Below are positions 20,581-30,900 of a stretch of 64,000 nt of DNA, one piece after another. Position numbers and translations under genes: made by a program. The stretch's first letter is position 1. Every line of letters starts with the position of its first letter. Source of the stretch: a virus (lineage: Duplodnaviria; Heunggongvirae; Uroviricota; Caudoviricetes); IMG/VR virus record IMGVR_UViG_3300042402_002792; one strand, written 5' to 3'. The notes below the pieces were generated by a model. The model searched no databases, had not been told where the DNA came from, and worked only from the letters and a program-made list of their open reading frames with translations.

Positions 20581-22173
20581 ATGCATATAACAATTTTAGG
20601 CGGTGGAACAGCAGGATGGATAGCAGCTCTTATGCTATGTAAGAATCATCCTAATCATACATTTAGTGTAGTAGCATCTAAAAGTGTAGGAATTTTAGGA
20701 GCAGGTGAAGCTGTCACTGGTGCATTGACTGCGTTGGTTTGCGGATTCTACGGAGACCTTGGAATTGATCCTTTAGATTTTTTAAGAAAAACAAAAGCTA
20801 TGCCTAAGTATGCAATCTATCATAAAGGTTGGACTAATGATATTAACAAAGGATACTTAGGTCCTATTGATGGAACATTAACAACTTGTAATATTCCCGA
20901 CGATGTGTTTACATATTTGGTAGCACAAAATCATGATAAAAAACATCTAGGTGCTTTTATGGGTAATCTTGTTGAATATGACATTTCACCTATAAGCAAA
21001 ATTACGCATGAATTTGAAGAGACTAGTCATGCCTTTCACTTTGACGCAAAAGAAGCAGCTATCTATTTAGAAAATGTTACTTTAAAGAATAGTAATTGCA
21101 AATTAATTGACAAAAAAGTTGTAGACGTAAAGTTAGACGAAAGTGGTAATATTAGCTCATTGTTATTCGAAGATCAAAGCGTACATGAAAGTGATTTCTT
21201 TATCGATGCATCTGGATTCTCAAGAATCCTAATGAACAAACTAGAAACTAAATGGGTTAGTTACAAAAAATGGTTACCAATAAATGCAGGGTTACCGTTC
21301 TTTATCGATTATAAAGAAAATGAGGCACCAAAGCCTTATAGTGTTGCCTGGGCACAAAAAGCTGGATGGTACTGGGAAGCTAGTGTACAAACACGAAAAG
21401 GATGTGGTTATACATTCTGTGAAGATTTTATATCGTTTGACCAAGCTCACGCTGAGATAGAACAAGCATTAGGCCATAGTATTACACCTATTAACAAATT
21501 TAGATTTGACACTGGTAGATTAGAAAATACCTGGGTAAAAAATTGTTTAGCTATAGGACTAGCTAGTTCATTTGCAGAACCTTTAGAAGCAACTAGTATT
21601 CATAGTACTATTCAACAAATTAAACATTTTTGTTTTGAATTTTTAAGAGATAACAAAGAAGACACACTAAATCCTGCTTCTATTAACTTGTATAACAAAA
21701 GAGTTAACGGAATGTTTGATGACTACAAAGAATTCTTAGTCAGTCATTATTTAGGAGGCAGAGATGACAGTGAGTTTTGGAAGTATATCTCTGCAGGTAA
21801 CACACTTACTGACTTTAATAGAAATTTACGTGAAACATGTAAATCTCGTATTCCATCAATTTATGATTTTCCAGGATACCCAGGAGCTGCTGGGTGGACT
21901 ATATGGTGCTGGATCTTAGCAGGTACAAATCAAATTACACCCGAAGTAGCAAGAAAAAATCTATCTCAACCAATGATTGATAAGGCTATTGAAAAACTAA
22001 ATCAAATGAGTGTTACAGCTCATAGAATGGAATTAACACATTATAAATTTGCTGATTACAGATCGCATGTTAACATGCCTGATTTAAAATATGTACGCTG
22101 GCGTGGAAAAGACTTCCAAGGGCTACAGCACGATTATATACAAAACACTAAAGCACATCAATTATATCAATAA
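20581..22173 (+). CDS. Flavin-dependent halogenase homologue (divergent)
   Basis: GGGTAGW, GAGEA, MPK, DASGF, WYWEAS, FAEPLEATS. Confidence 0.88.
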   Translation: MHITILGGGTAGWIAALMLCKNHPNHTFSVVASKSVGILGAGEAVTGALTALVCGFYGDLGIDPLDFLRKTKAMPKYAIYHKGWTNDINKGYLGPIDGTLTTCNIPDDVFTYLVAQNHDKKHLGAFMGNLVEYDISPISKITHEFEETSHAFHFDAKEAAIYLENVTLKNSNCKLIDKKVVDVKLDESGNISSLLFEDQSVHESDFFIDASGFSRILMNKLETKWVSYKKWLPINAGLPFFIDYKENEAPKPYSVAWAQKAGWYWEASVQTRKGCGYTFCEDFISFDQAHAEIEQALGHSITPINKFRFDTGRLENTWVKNCLAIGLASSFAEPLEATSIHSTIQQIKHFCFEFLRDNKEDTLNPASINLYNKRVNGMFDDYKEFLVSHYLGGRDDSEFWKYISAGNTLTDFNRNLRETCKSRIPSIYDFPGYPGAAGWTIWCWILAGTNQITPEVARKNLSQPMIDKAIEKLNQMSVTAHRMELTHYKFADYRSHVNMPDLKYVRWRGKDFQGLQHDYIQNTKAHQLYQ

Positions 22174-22591
22174 TTGTAGAAATTTTGTTTTCTAAATGAC
22201 GATTTCTTAAACTTAAATCTAGGCCTTTATGTAAAGGCTTAGGTAAATGCTTTAAATCAAACCAACCCCATGCACAATGTTCAGAGCTTAGTTGCGGAAT
22301 AAATTCCTCTGCTACTAAACAAAAATAAGTTTGAAATTTAAAATGTTGGTCGTTACTAACAAATCTTTCTAAGGGTATAGTTTTAGTAATTGATTGTTCG
22401 CCTATTTCTTCTTTGATTTCTCGTGACAATCCCTGCCATGCCGACTCTCCGTCTATATGAGTGCCGCCAACTAATCCCCAGTACCCTGTATGCTTACCTT
22501 CAGCTTTTTGTAATAACAAAAATCTTTTTGTAGATTTAGAACAAATTAATGCACCGGAGCATTCAACGGTTTTTATAGAGCTATTCTCCAT
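22148..22591 (-). CDS. Nudix hydrolase
   Basis: Nudix box GGTHIDGESAWQGLSREIKEEIG. Confidence 0.9.
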   Translation of the reverse strand: MENSSIKTVECSGALICSKSTKRFLLLQKAEGKHTGYWGLVGGTHIDGESAWQGLSREIKEEIGEQSITKTIPLERFVSNDQHFKFQTYFCLVAEEFIPQLSSEHCAWGWFDLKHLPKPLHKGLDLSLRNRHLENKISTIIDIIDVL

Positions 22592-24447
22592 TGTCCCCTC
22601 TTATACTCGCCCTCAAATGATTTGCTCCATTGTACACCGTTCCATTTATACTGTGTATTTGTATAGAAATTAGTTTGGTATACTATGTTATCAGTAACCT
22701 CGTCAGCACTAAAAATTACTACCCACTTAGTACCATCCCATTCGATAATGTCATTAGCTTCGGCTAACCCGTCAGTGCCGTTAGAATTTTTCCACGCATC
22801 TGGACCGTCTTCGTTTACGTTTAGCTCGTACTCGATTTCGTCGTCTGGATCTATCATGTTAGAAGCAACAATAATAAATTCTCTATCAGGCGGAATACCC
22901 TTAACATTAAATGTTAAAATTGAACCACTGCCATTTACTGTTAGTACAGTAATTAAACAGTCGTTTGTGATATTAACACCGCCTAAAAATCTACCTCTAA
23001 CTCGCACCTTATCACCGGGGGCATATCCTGACCCCGTATTATTAATTACTGCACTATAAGATGCTGTAGCTAAATGTATAGTTACATCAAATGTAGCGTT
23101 TTGTGCTGATCCTGTAAAATTTTTAGAAGGTTTGTCATAATATACAGGATCAGGTTGAGGATTTGAAATTACTTCAACACCGTTTACATATAATTTATGA
23201 TCGTTAACTTTTTTAGCAAGAGTGTTTGTATGTATTAAATTAGTCCTGTTTGATGATATAAATCTATCACGTATTGCACCACCGATGCTATCTATTAGTA
23301 AGTATCTTTTTCCAGCAGCTATCGGCTGATCGGTTTTTTCTTTGTTTGGTCGTTTTGGATTAAATGTAGTAGGATCTACAATAGCATCAAAAAAACCATA
23401 TTCGTTAATAGGTCTTACTGGACCAGGAATAGCAGTGTTAGACGGAAACGTATCTGGATCCCAAGAAGCTATTAGTGTAGTTAAATCTGTAGGATGAAAG
23501 CTGATTGATCCAACCACTTCAGTATCGTCTGGCTGTTTTAAATATATTTTACTTAACCCGCTAGTTAATTTACCGGGAAACTGTTGTACAAGCATATCCC
23601 ATGCCAACCAGTTATCGAATCCTATTGAATTACTTCTAGCACGAACAATAGTTGTTTCAACAACTATGTCAAAATTTCCTATAGTTACTCGTTGAGTAAA
23701 AAGTTTGTCTACAGGGTCAGTCTGACCAACAGCTATGTCTGTTGCTAATCCATCTATATAATCTAAATGAGGATCACTTTTGTTTTCAAAAATATTTGCA
23801 ATAATATTAGTAATGATACCTAATTTCTTAACTTTTACTGGAGGACTGATATAGATAGGAGTTTTAAGTGTAAGTGTAGCTATGTCAATTGCAGAATTTG
23901 TACCTGTTGGTACACTGCGAGAAGTGAATGTTACATCTTGTAATTCTAGTACACTAATAGAAGTCCAGTCAATGTAATTGTCAGTGGTTTGTAGTTCAAG
24001 GCTAGGATTGAATAATACTAGTATTTGCTCTAGTATTTGTAATTTTTGCTCGGTACTAGTCGACCAAATGTCAACTTTAAGAGTAAGATCGAACGGAGTA
24101 GGCATCAATCGTTCAACAGTGTAATTAGCTCCTTCAGAGTAGACGTAGTCACCAGTAGCATCATCAATATCTCTTTCTCTTATGTGCAATTTACTAACAA
24201 AACTACTGTCACTTAATCTATCTCTAGCTAGATCTAGGTCATTAACGTAAACAGCAATACGAGGAGCAGTTGGTACAGTATTTTCGCTATTTTGATTTAC
24301 AATAAATGCTGCCTGTCGATCTTGATCTCCATACATAACAGGAACTCTAACTAATGTTCCGTCTCCATATTGTACTACAAAATTACTAAGCATTCTAATA
24401 ACTTGTGTAAGATATCTTCTTATTTGTCCGTCGTAAAAATATTGCAT
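22573..24447 (-). CDS. gp15: Tail terminator / sheath stabiliser gp15-like with long C-terminal extension
   Basis: N-terminal YFYDGQIRRY...VPVMYG...P.PFDL...QILEQILVLFNP; adjacent to the neck genes. Confidence 0.8.
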   Translation of the reverse strand: MQYFYDGQIRRYLTQVIRMLSNFVVQYGDGTLVRVPVMYGDQDRQAAFIVNQNSENTVPTAPRIAVYVNDLDLARDRLSDSSFVSKLHIRERDIDDATGDYVYSEGANYTVERLMPTPFDLTLKVDIWSTSTEQKLQILEQILVLFNPSLELQTTDNYIDWTSISVLELQDVTFTSRSVPTGTNSAIDIATLTLKTPIYISPPVKVKKLGIITNIIANIFENKSDPHLDYIDGLATDIAVGQTDPVDKLFTQRVTIGNFDIVVETTIVRARSNSIGFDNWLAWDMLVQQFPGKLTSGLSKIYLKQPDDTEVVGSISFHPTDLTTLIASWDPDTFPSNTAIPGPVRPINEYGFFDAIVDPTTFNPKRPNKEKTDQPIAAGKRYLLIDSIGGAIRDRFISSNRTNLIHTNTLAKKVNDHKLYVNGVEVISNPQPDPVYYDKPSKNFTGSAQNATFDVTIHLATASYSAVINNTGSGYAPGDKVRVRGRFLGGVNITNDCLITVLTVNGSGSILTFNVKGIPPDREFIIVASNMIDPDDEIEYELNVNEDGPDAWKNSNGTDGLAEANDIIEWDGTKWVVIFSADEVTDNIVYQTNFYTNTQYKWNGVQWSKSFEGEYKRGQWRIAL

Positions 24448-25619
24448 TAGAAATCTGCCCTAGGTTTAAGTGCTTTAGAAAGACTCTGACGTTCTTGAAT
24501 ATTATCTCCAGCAATAACTGCTGAATTAGTGTTATTGATAAATCCAGTTTTTTGAGTATTTCTATTATCTGTATTAGTAATTGTGTGTCGAACTGCATCT
24601 TCAACTTTGATCCAACGTTTACCGTCATACCTAAACAGCCTGTTAGGCATAAGATCAGTACGTAAAAAGAAATCATCTTTTAGTGCCGAGTTAGGAAATT
24701 GTATACCAAACCCAAAATCAGCACCATTAGGTGGAATCCCATCACCAATCAAATAACCACTGTATCCGGCACGTTTTGCACGTTCGTTCATTAAACTGGC
24801 ATCTAACGTGATTGCACTAGCATCGATGTCAGTTTCGTCTGCTGTTCTTAAAGCAGGGTTGCCGTTTTCGTCTAAGGCCAGTGTGTAATAATGTTGTGTC
24901 TCAAAACCGCTCTTAGGCACATCTGCTTCCGCTTGAGCAATTACTGCATCGTTAATTTGAAGCTGTTTATTATAGTTACTTAGTACATCTCTTAATGTTT
25001 GATTAGTAGCTTCCCCAGTAACAGGATTTACAATAGCCTTGTCAAAAATTTCTTTATACTGCTGACTGTCTACTATTTTTCTTAATTTTAATCTGTATAA
25101 GTGTGGATACCATGTACGGCTAAATCCTTCAGCAGCACGACCTACTTCTTCAATAACAAAGTATCTAGGTAGTGCTACATCAAAGTCGTTAAGAGCAAAC
25201 TCGTCACGTAAATGTGGAAGTTCTATAACATCTCCCGCTAAAGGTTTACGTCCGATCATACTGACAAAATCATTAATATGTACAGTCATAAAAACTGTAT
25301 CATTGTCAATCATAAGTCCAAATTGACTTAAATTAAAATCAATATCGGAAACATTATAGATACCTCTAAGAGTATAAATGCTAGTATCGTATTTTCTATC
25401 ACGATTTTCTAACAACAACAAGTCTTGTATGTTAGTTTCTTTTACAGCATCATACCTGGGTTGGTCTGCTGTAGCTTCTTCTAAACTAGGATTTCTAGGG
25501 CCTAGATATTTGTGCAGATATACGTCAGTTCCGCCAACTTGAAACATCTCAGAAATATTACGATCTAAGAACTTGTAATCAGCACCTTTTTCTGGCTTGT
25601 AAATTGATAAACGGGGCAT
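24447..25619 (-). CDS. gp14: Neck protein gp14-like
   Basis: GGTDVYLHKY, LSQFGL, PLAGDVIELP; lies between gp13-like and gp15-like genes. Confidence 0.7.
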   Translation of the reverse strand: MPRLSIYKPEKGADYKFLDRNISEMFQVGGTDVYLHKYLGPRNPSLEEATADQPRYDAVKETNIQDLLLLENRDRKYDTSIYTLRGIYNVSDIDFNLSQFGLMIDNDTVFMTVHINDFVSMIGRKPLAGDVIELPHLRDEFALNDFDVALPRYFVIEEVGRAAEGFSRTWYPHLYRLKLRKIVDSQQYKEIFDKAIVNPVTGEATNQTLRDVLSNYNKQLQINDAVIAQAEADVPKSGFETQHYYTLALDENGNPALRTADETDIDASAITLDASLMNERAKRAGYSGYLIGDGIPPNGADFGFGIQFPNSALKDDFFLRTDLMPNRLFRYDGKRWIKVEDAVRHTITNTDNRNTQKTGFINNTNSAVIAGDNIQERQSLSKALKPRADF

Positions 25620-25626
25620 AGTCTAA

Positions 25627-25643
25627 TATTTAGCGAATAAATA
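25627..25643. promoter_or_regulatory. Back-to-back late-type promoters (TAAATA) for gp14 (-) and gp13 (+)
   Basis: TATTTA at 25627-32 and TAAATA at 25638-43 in a 39-bp divergent gap; T4 late consensus is TATAAATA. Confidence 0.6.
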
Positions 25644-25658
25644 CATAGGGAGATTGGA

Positions 25659-26420
25659 ATGTCAGATAATCCGCAAGCCGTTAAACAAAAAGTATTCGAT
25701 TATTGTCGCACTATGCTAGGTGACGGCATGATCGATGTTGAGCTCGATCCTATTCATTATGAAACAGCACTAGAAAAAGCACTAACTCGCTTTAGACAGC
25801 GTAGTCCTAACAGTGTAGAAGAAAGTTACATGTTCTTAGAATTAGAAAAAGATCGCAATGATTATATTCTTCCTCAAGAAGTTATTAATGTGCAAAGTGT
25901 TTTTAGACGAACGCTGGGATCTAGAACAGGCGGCGGAACCGGTACAAACTTTGAACCATTTAACTTAGCCTATACTAACACATACCTATTAAATTCAACT
26001 ATGTTAGGTGGTATTGCTACATATTTTATGTTTGCTAGCTATCAAGAAACAATTGGTAAAATGTTTGGTAGCTACATTGAATTTCAATGGATCCAGTCTA
26101 GTAAAACTTTGCGAATTTTACAACGTCCATTTACAGAAGGCGAAACTATAATGTTACGCTGCCAAAATTACAGACCTGATTATGTTATTATTGAAGATCT
26201 GTATGCAAGACAATGGATTAAAGATTATACACTTGCAAACTGTAAATTAATGTTAGGTGAAGCTCGTAGTAAGTTTTCAAGTATTGCAGGCCCGCAAGGC
26301 GGCGGCAGTTTAAATGGCGGCGACCTTAAAGCTGACGGAAAAGCTGAAGTTGAAAAATTAGATAAAGAACTTGAAACTTTAATTTCTGGCGGAACTGGAT
26401 ATACATTTATTATAGGCTAA
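25659..26420 (+). CDS. gp13: Neck protein gp13-like
   Basis: LGDGMIDVELD, WIKDYTLA.CK..LG..RSKF, GPQGG..LNG. Confidence 0.85.
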   Translation: MSDNPQAVKQKVFDYCRTMLGDGMIDVELDPIHYETALEKALTRFRQRSPNSVEESYMFLELEKDRNDYILPQEVINVQSVFRRTLGSRTGGGTGTNFEPFNLAYTNTYLLNSTMLGGIATYFMFASYQETIGKMFGSYIEFQWIQSSKTLRILQRPFTEGETIMLRCQNYRPDYVIIEDLYARQWIKDYTLANCKLMLGEARSKFSSIAGPQGGGSLNGGDLKADGKAEVEKLDKELETLISGGTGYTFIIG

Positions 26421-26421
26421 T

Positions 26422-26799
26422 ATGAAAATCTACGAAGTTATTACAGAAGTACGTCAACCTAAACCTACTAAACGTCAAAGTCAATCTAGTAGAGGATTAA
26501 CTATATATGGCGATTCTGAACGTGCTAACAGTGACTATGTAGCTTTTAAATTAGGACAAGCAATGGCCAGTACAGATGGCAAAACTAAACCAGACATTGA
26601 TGGCAAAAGCTGGCACGGTAAAAAGAAAACAATTCATCCCTATACAGAAGTTGAACATGAAATGTTCAAACAGGCTGCTAAAGTAGTAGGTGCAGACTAT
26701 CAAGATCTAAACAAAGGCGATATGCGTAGTCTAGAGCTCGAAACTACAAACATAACAAGTCCAGTTGCAAAGCCCAAACGCAACAAATATGGCGTATAA
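26422..26799 (+). CDS. Hypothetical protein, possible internal head protein
   Basis: Starts MKIYEVITE, resembling a capsid-targeting/protease-cleaved leader. Confidence 0.5.
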   Translation: MKIYEVITEVRQPKPTKRQSQSSRGLTIYGDSERANSDYVAFKLGQAMASTDGKTKPDIDGKSWHGKKKTIHPYTEVEHEMFKQAAKVVGADYQDLNKGDMRSLELETTNITSPVAKPKRNKYGV

Positions 26800-26805
26800 T
26801 CACTA

Positions 26806-26834
26806 TTGACAAACTTGTAAAAATCGTGTAATAT
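26806..26834 (+). promoter_or_regulatory. Sigma70-like promoter
   Basis: TTGACA-17 bp-TAATAT upstream of the dNMP kinase. Confidence 0.65.
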
Positions 26835-26855
26835 ATAGTATCACTGGGGGATACT

Positions 26856-27536
26856 ATGATTGTTGGCTTTGTTGGTTTTATTGGTTCAGGCAAAGATACT
26901 GCCGCAGATTACTTGGTAAATTTTCATGGATATCGACGAGACTCGTTTGCTAACACACTTAAAGATGCAGTAGCTTGTGTTTTTGGATGGGATCGAACCT
27001 TACTTGAAGGGCGTACTAAAGAAGCCCGTGAATGGCGAGAGCAAGTTGACATGTGGTGGGCAGAACGCCTAGGTATGCCTAACCTAACACCTCGTTGGGT
27101 TTTACAATATTGGGGTACAGACGTGCTTCGCAAAAGCTTTCATGACGATATCTGGATTGCTAGTCTTGAAAACAAAATGCGTAAAACCGCTGATAATATT
27201 GTAATCAGTGATGTGCGATTTCCTAACGAAATTCAAGCAATTCATAATGCAGGCGGCATTGTTGTTCGCATCAAACGCGGTGATGACCCTGAATGGTATC
27301 AAGACGCTGTTAACATGAACGAAGGAAGCGGTAATATGAGCTGGCTGCTTAGTACCGATAAATTAAAACGTCTAGGGATACACGCTAGTGAAACTAGCTG
27401 GGTTGGCGGGGATATTGATCATACTATTTCTAACAATTCTACCATAGATGAACTGTTTGAACAAATTAGAAATCTGGTAGAAGATCGCCACGACGCCACT
27501 GAAACCCTTCTTTATGTAACAGCCTCTGGCAATTAG
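26856..27536 (+). CDS. gp1: Deoxynucleoside monophosphate kinase (T4 gp1-like)
   Basis: GFIGSGKDT P-loop, SFA..LK, TPRWVLQYWGT, SDVRFPNE, HASE. Confidence 0.92.
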   Translation: MIVGFVGFIGSGKDTAADYLVNFHGYRRDSFANTLKDAVACVFGWDRTLLEGRTKEAREWREQVDMWWAERLGMPNLTPRWVLQYWGTDVLRKSFHDDIWIASLENKMRKTADNIVISDVRFPNEIQAIHNAGGIVVRIKRGDDPEWYQDAVNMNEGSGNMSWLLSTDKLKRLGIHASETSWVGGDIDHTISNNSTIDELFEQIRNLVEDRHDATETLLYVTASGN

Positions 27537-27807
27537 CACATACAGACTTTAAATTACTGTGACGAGTATTATTGAGATTGCCGTCTATGTGATAAACATT
27601 AAACTGTTCTTTGTATTTTGATTTAAAATTACATTTGTCGCAAACAAGCTTTATGCGATAACCATCTTGATACCATTTAGGCAGTCCTTTAGCAGTACCT
27701 CCGTACCTAAGACAAGATTCGCACTTAGATCTGTAATAAATCTTTCCTGCTTTTTGATAGTTTATCGCCGCGGGTCTCAACCCGCATGTACATAATGGTC
27801 TAGTCAT
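27466..27807 (-). CDS. Zn-binding HNH-like protein (degenerate)
   Basis: CxC, CxxC, CDKC and YHIDGNLNNTRHSNLKSVCANCQ. Confidence 0.75.
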   Translation of the reverse strand: MTRPLCTCGLRPAAINYQKAGKIYYRSKCESCLRYGGTAKGLPKWYQDGYRIKLVCDKCNFKSKYKEQFNVYHIDGNLNNTRHSNLKSVCANCQRLLHKEGFQWRRGDLLPDF

Positions 27808-27918
27808 AAAGCTATTTATAACTGCCCTTTTTGATCCCTTTTTGGTCTGTTATTACTAGGTATTTTTTGATACTTTCCAATAAATACTAGTAGAACAAAA
27901 ACCTTAGGAGATTCCAAG

Positions 27919-30900
27919 ATGGCATTAAGTTCACCAGGCGTAGAAGTCAAAGTAATTGACGAATCGTTTTATACACCAGCAGCTCCTGGCACAGTACCAC
28001 TAGTAATTGTTGCCTCTGCTGAAAACAAAGCAAACAGCGGAGGTACCGGAACCGCCCCGGGCACACTTAAAGCCAACGCTGGAGAAGTTTATCTTCTAAC
28101 AAGTCAGCGTGACTTAGGTGATGTATTCGGAGATCCAGTCTTTAAGACAGATTCGAATAACAATCCTATCCATGCTGGAGAGCAAAACGAATACGGTTTA
28201 CAAGCCGCATATAGTTTATTAGGTGTTAGCAATCGTGCATTTGTTGTACGTGCTGATTTAGATCTAAATCAACTAGATGCTCGCGCTACAGAACCAGATT
28301 CAAATCCAGCCAATGGAACACACTGGCTAGATACTAGTATTACAGCATTTGGTATTTTTGAATGGAACGGTGCACCTGTAACAACACGTGGCGGACAAAA
28401 GTTTACTAACAAAGTTCCTCGTGTAATTACAGATTCGACTAAAGTCGATTCTGGCACAGGCGGTCCTTTAGCTTCGGTTGGTGCTATCGGCGACTATTGT
28501 ATGGTAATGGTCGACGACGATCCAGATACTCCTACACTAACAACTAGTGTTCCTGGCAAATTATGGTACAGAAGCAGAGGTGTTGCTCCTGGACAAGATC
28601 CTGGACAGTGGGTTGAAGTAGGGTCAAATGAATGGTTTAAGAGTTGGCCTGTAATTACAGGAACAGCAATCAATCCAAACTTAAATGCAAACAACGGTCA
28701 AACATTTACAATTAATGGTGTAACAATTACAGCAGGAACTACTTTAGCTAGTGTTGTTACAGACATCAATACAAAAATGGCTGCACAAGGGATTAGTTCA
28801 GCTATTGTAAATGGAAAACTTGAAATGTATTCAGACGGTGCTCAAGGTTTAAATCCTGAAGATAGCACATCTGCTAACAGTGTAGTTATTGCTAACGGTA
28901 CAGGTACACTAGTTGCTGCTAACGGCGGCGTATTAGGTATTAAACCAGCTACTTACTATGCACCAAGATTAACTATTAGCAAGCATACACAAGTTCCTCA
29001 GTGGAAATCTTCAAACGCTGCTCCAAGACCTACAGGTTCTGTATGGATTAAAACAACCGAACCTAATTTAGGTTCACGTTGGAGAGTAAAACGTTGGGAC
29101 GACGCAACTAGTGCATGGGAAAGAGTTGAGGCTCCGCTTTATGCTAATGGTGAAACTGCTATCAACAATTTAGATCCAGCAGGCGGCGGCATAAGTCTTC
29201 CAGTTGGTACATTATATGTACAAACAAATTACACAGAAGATAACGGCACAGATAATAGTCCTCGTTTAGCTTCATGGAAAATTTGGCGCAAAGGCGGCTA
29301 CGAAACTGCTACTGTGATTAAAACACAAAAAGTCATTAACGGCAACGTTACAGCTGGTGCAAAATCTTTCAGACTTGCAGAAAGTTTACAAGGTTCTAAT
29401 GTACTAGGTGACTACGACGGAAACGGTAGTTACAGTTATAAGACTGTAAGTTGGACAGCTACTGGTACTATAGCTGATGCTGACGCAATGGCTGAAGCAA
29501 TTAATTCAGCAGGGTTTACAAATATTGAAGCAGAAGTTGATTCACAAAATCGTGTTTTAATTAAACACAAATTAGGTGGCGATTTCCGTATGAAAGAAGG
29601 AACAGGAACTCCTCTTGTAGATTACGGAATCAGCGCATACGATTATGAACCAAGTTCAGGTAGTTATAGAACAGGTACTGAATTTGTTTTTGCAGCACCA
29701 GCAGGTGATATGTTGCATGATTTTGTAGCAAGTTCATGGGAACCTTTAGTATATGCAGCTAATGCAGATGCTCCTACACGTATTCCAGTGGACGGACGCC
29801 TATGGTATAGTTCTGTAATCGACGAAGTTGATATTATGATCCACGATGGTGAAAACTGGGTTGGATATCAAAATTATGCAGACTACGGTGCAACAGATCC
29901 AAATGGTCCTATTGTAAGTGCAACAGCACCAGAGCTTCAAAGTGAAGGCGGCGCATTAGTAACAGGTGATCTATGGATTAGTACAGATGATATGGAAAAT
30001 TTCCCTCAAATTTATAGATTTAATTTTGATTTAGAAAATCTTCCAATTGCAAGACGTTGGGTACTGCTAGACAAAACAGATCAAAGCACTGAAGATGGAG
30101 TACTATTTGCAGATGCTCGCTATAATACAGCGGGAGCAAATAGCGACGAACAGGGCGATATAGTAAGTTTACTAACAAGTGACTACGTTGATCCTGATTG
30201 TCCAGATCCAGCATTGTATCCAAAAGGCATGTTACTATGGAACTTACGTAGAAGCGGTTATAACGTAAAAGAATTCAAACGTGATTATATTAACACAGCT
30301 GATGACAACGTTCGTTATGACCCAGGCTCAACAGGCGGTCAAGCAATGGCTGACTACTATCCACATCGTTGGGTAACAGTTTCTAGCAACCAAGACGACG
30401 GCTCTGGTAGCTTTGGACGTAAAGCACAACGTAAAGTTGTTGTACAAGCCTTACAAGCTACAGTTAATAGTAATCAACAGATCCGTGACGAAGACGGACG
30501 TATCTTTAACTTAATTGCTTGCCCAGGTTATCCTGAGCTAATCGGCGAAATGGTTACATTGAACTACGATCGTGGGCTAACAGCATTTGTTGTTGGTGAT
30601 ACTCCTGCTCGTTTAACACCTGATGCAACCAGCTTGCTACGTTGGGGTAATAATGAGCTAATTGCTGTAGAAGATAACGATATCGGAGCAGCTAGCTTTG
30701 ACGAGTACATGGCTATGTTCTATCCATGGGGCTTCACAAGCGACAACTTTGGTAACAATGTTGTTATTCCTCCAAGTCATATGATGTTAAGAGTTATTGC
30801 TCTAAACGATCAGGTAGCTTATCCATGGTTTGCACCAGCAGGTGTACGTCGTGGCGGCATTACTAACGCAACCGCAGTTGGCTATGTTAACAGCGAAGGC

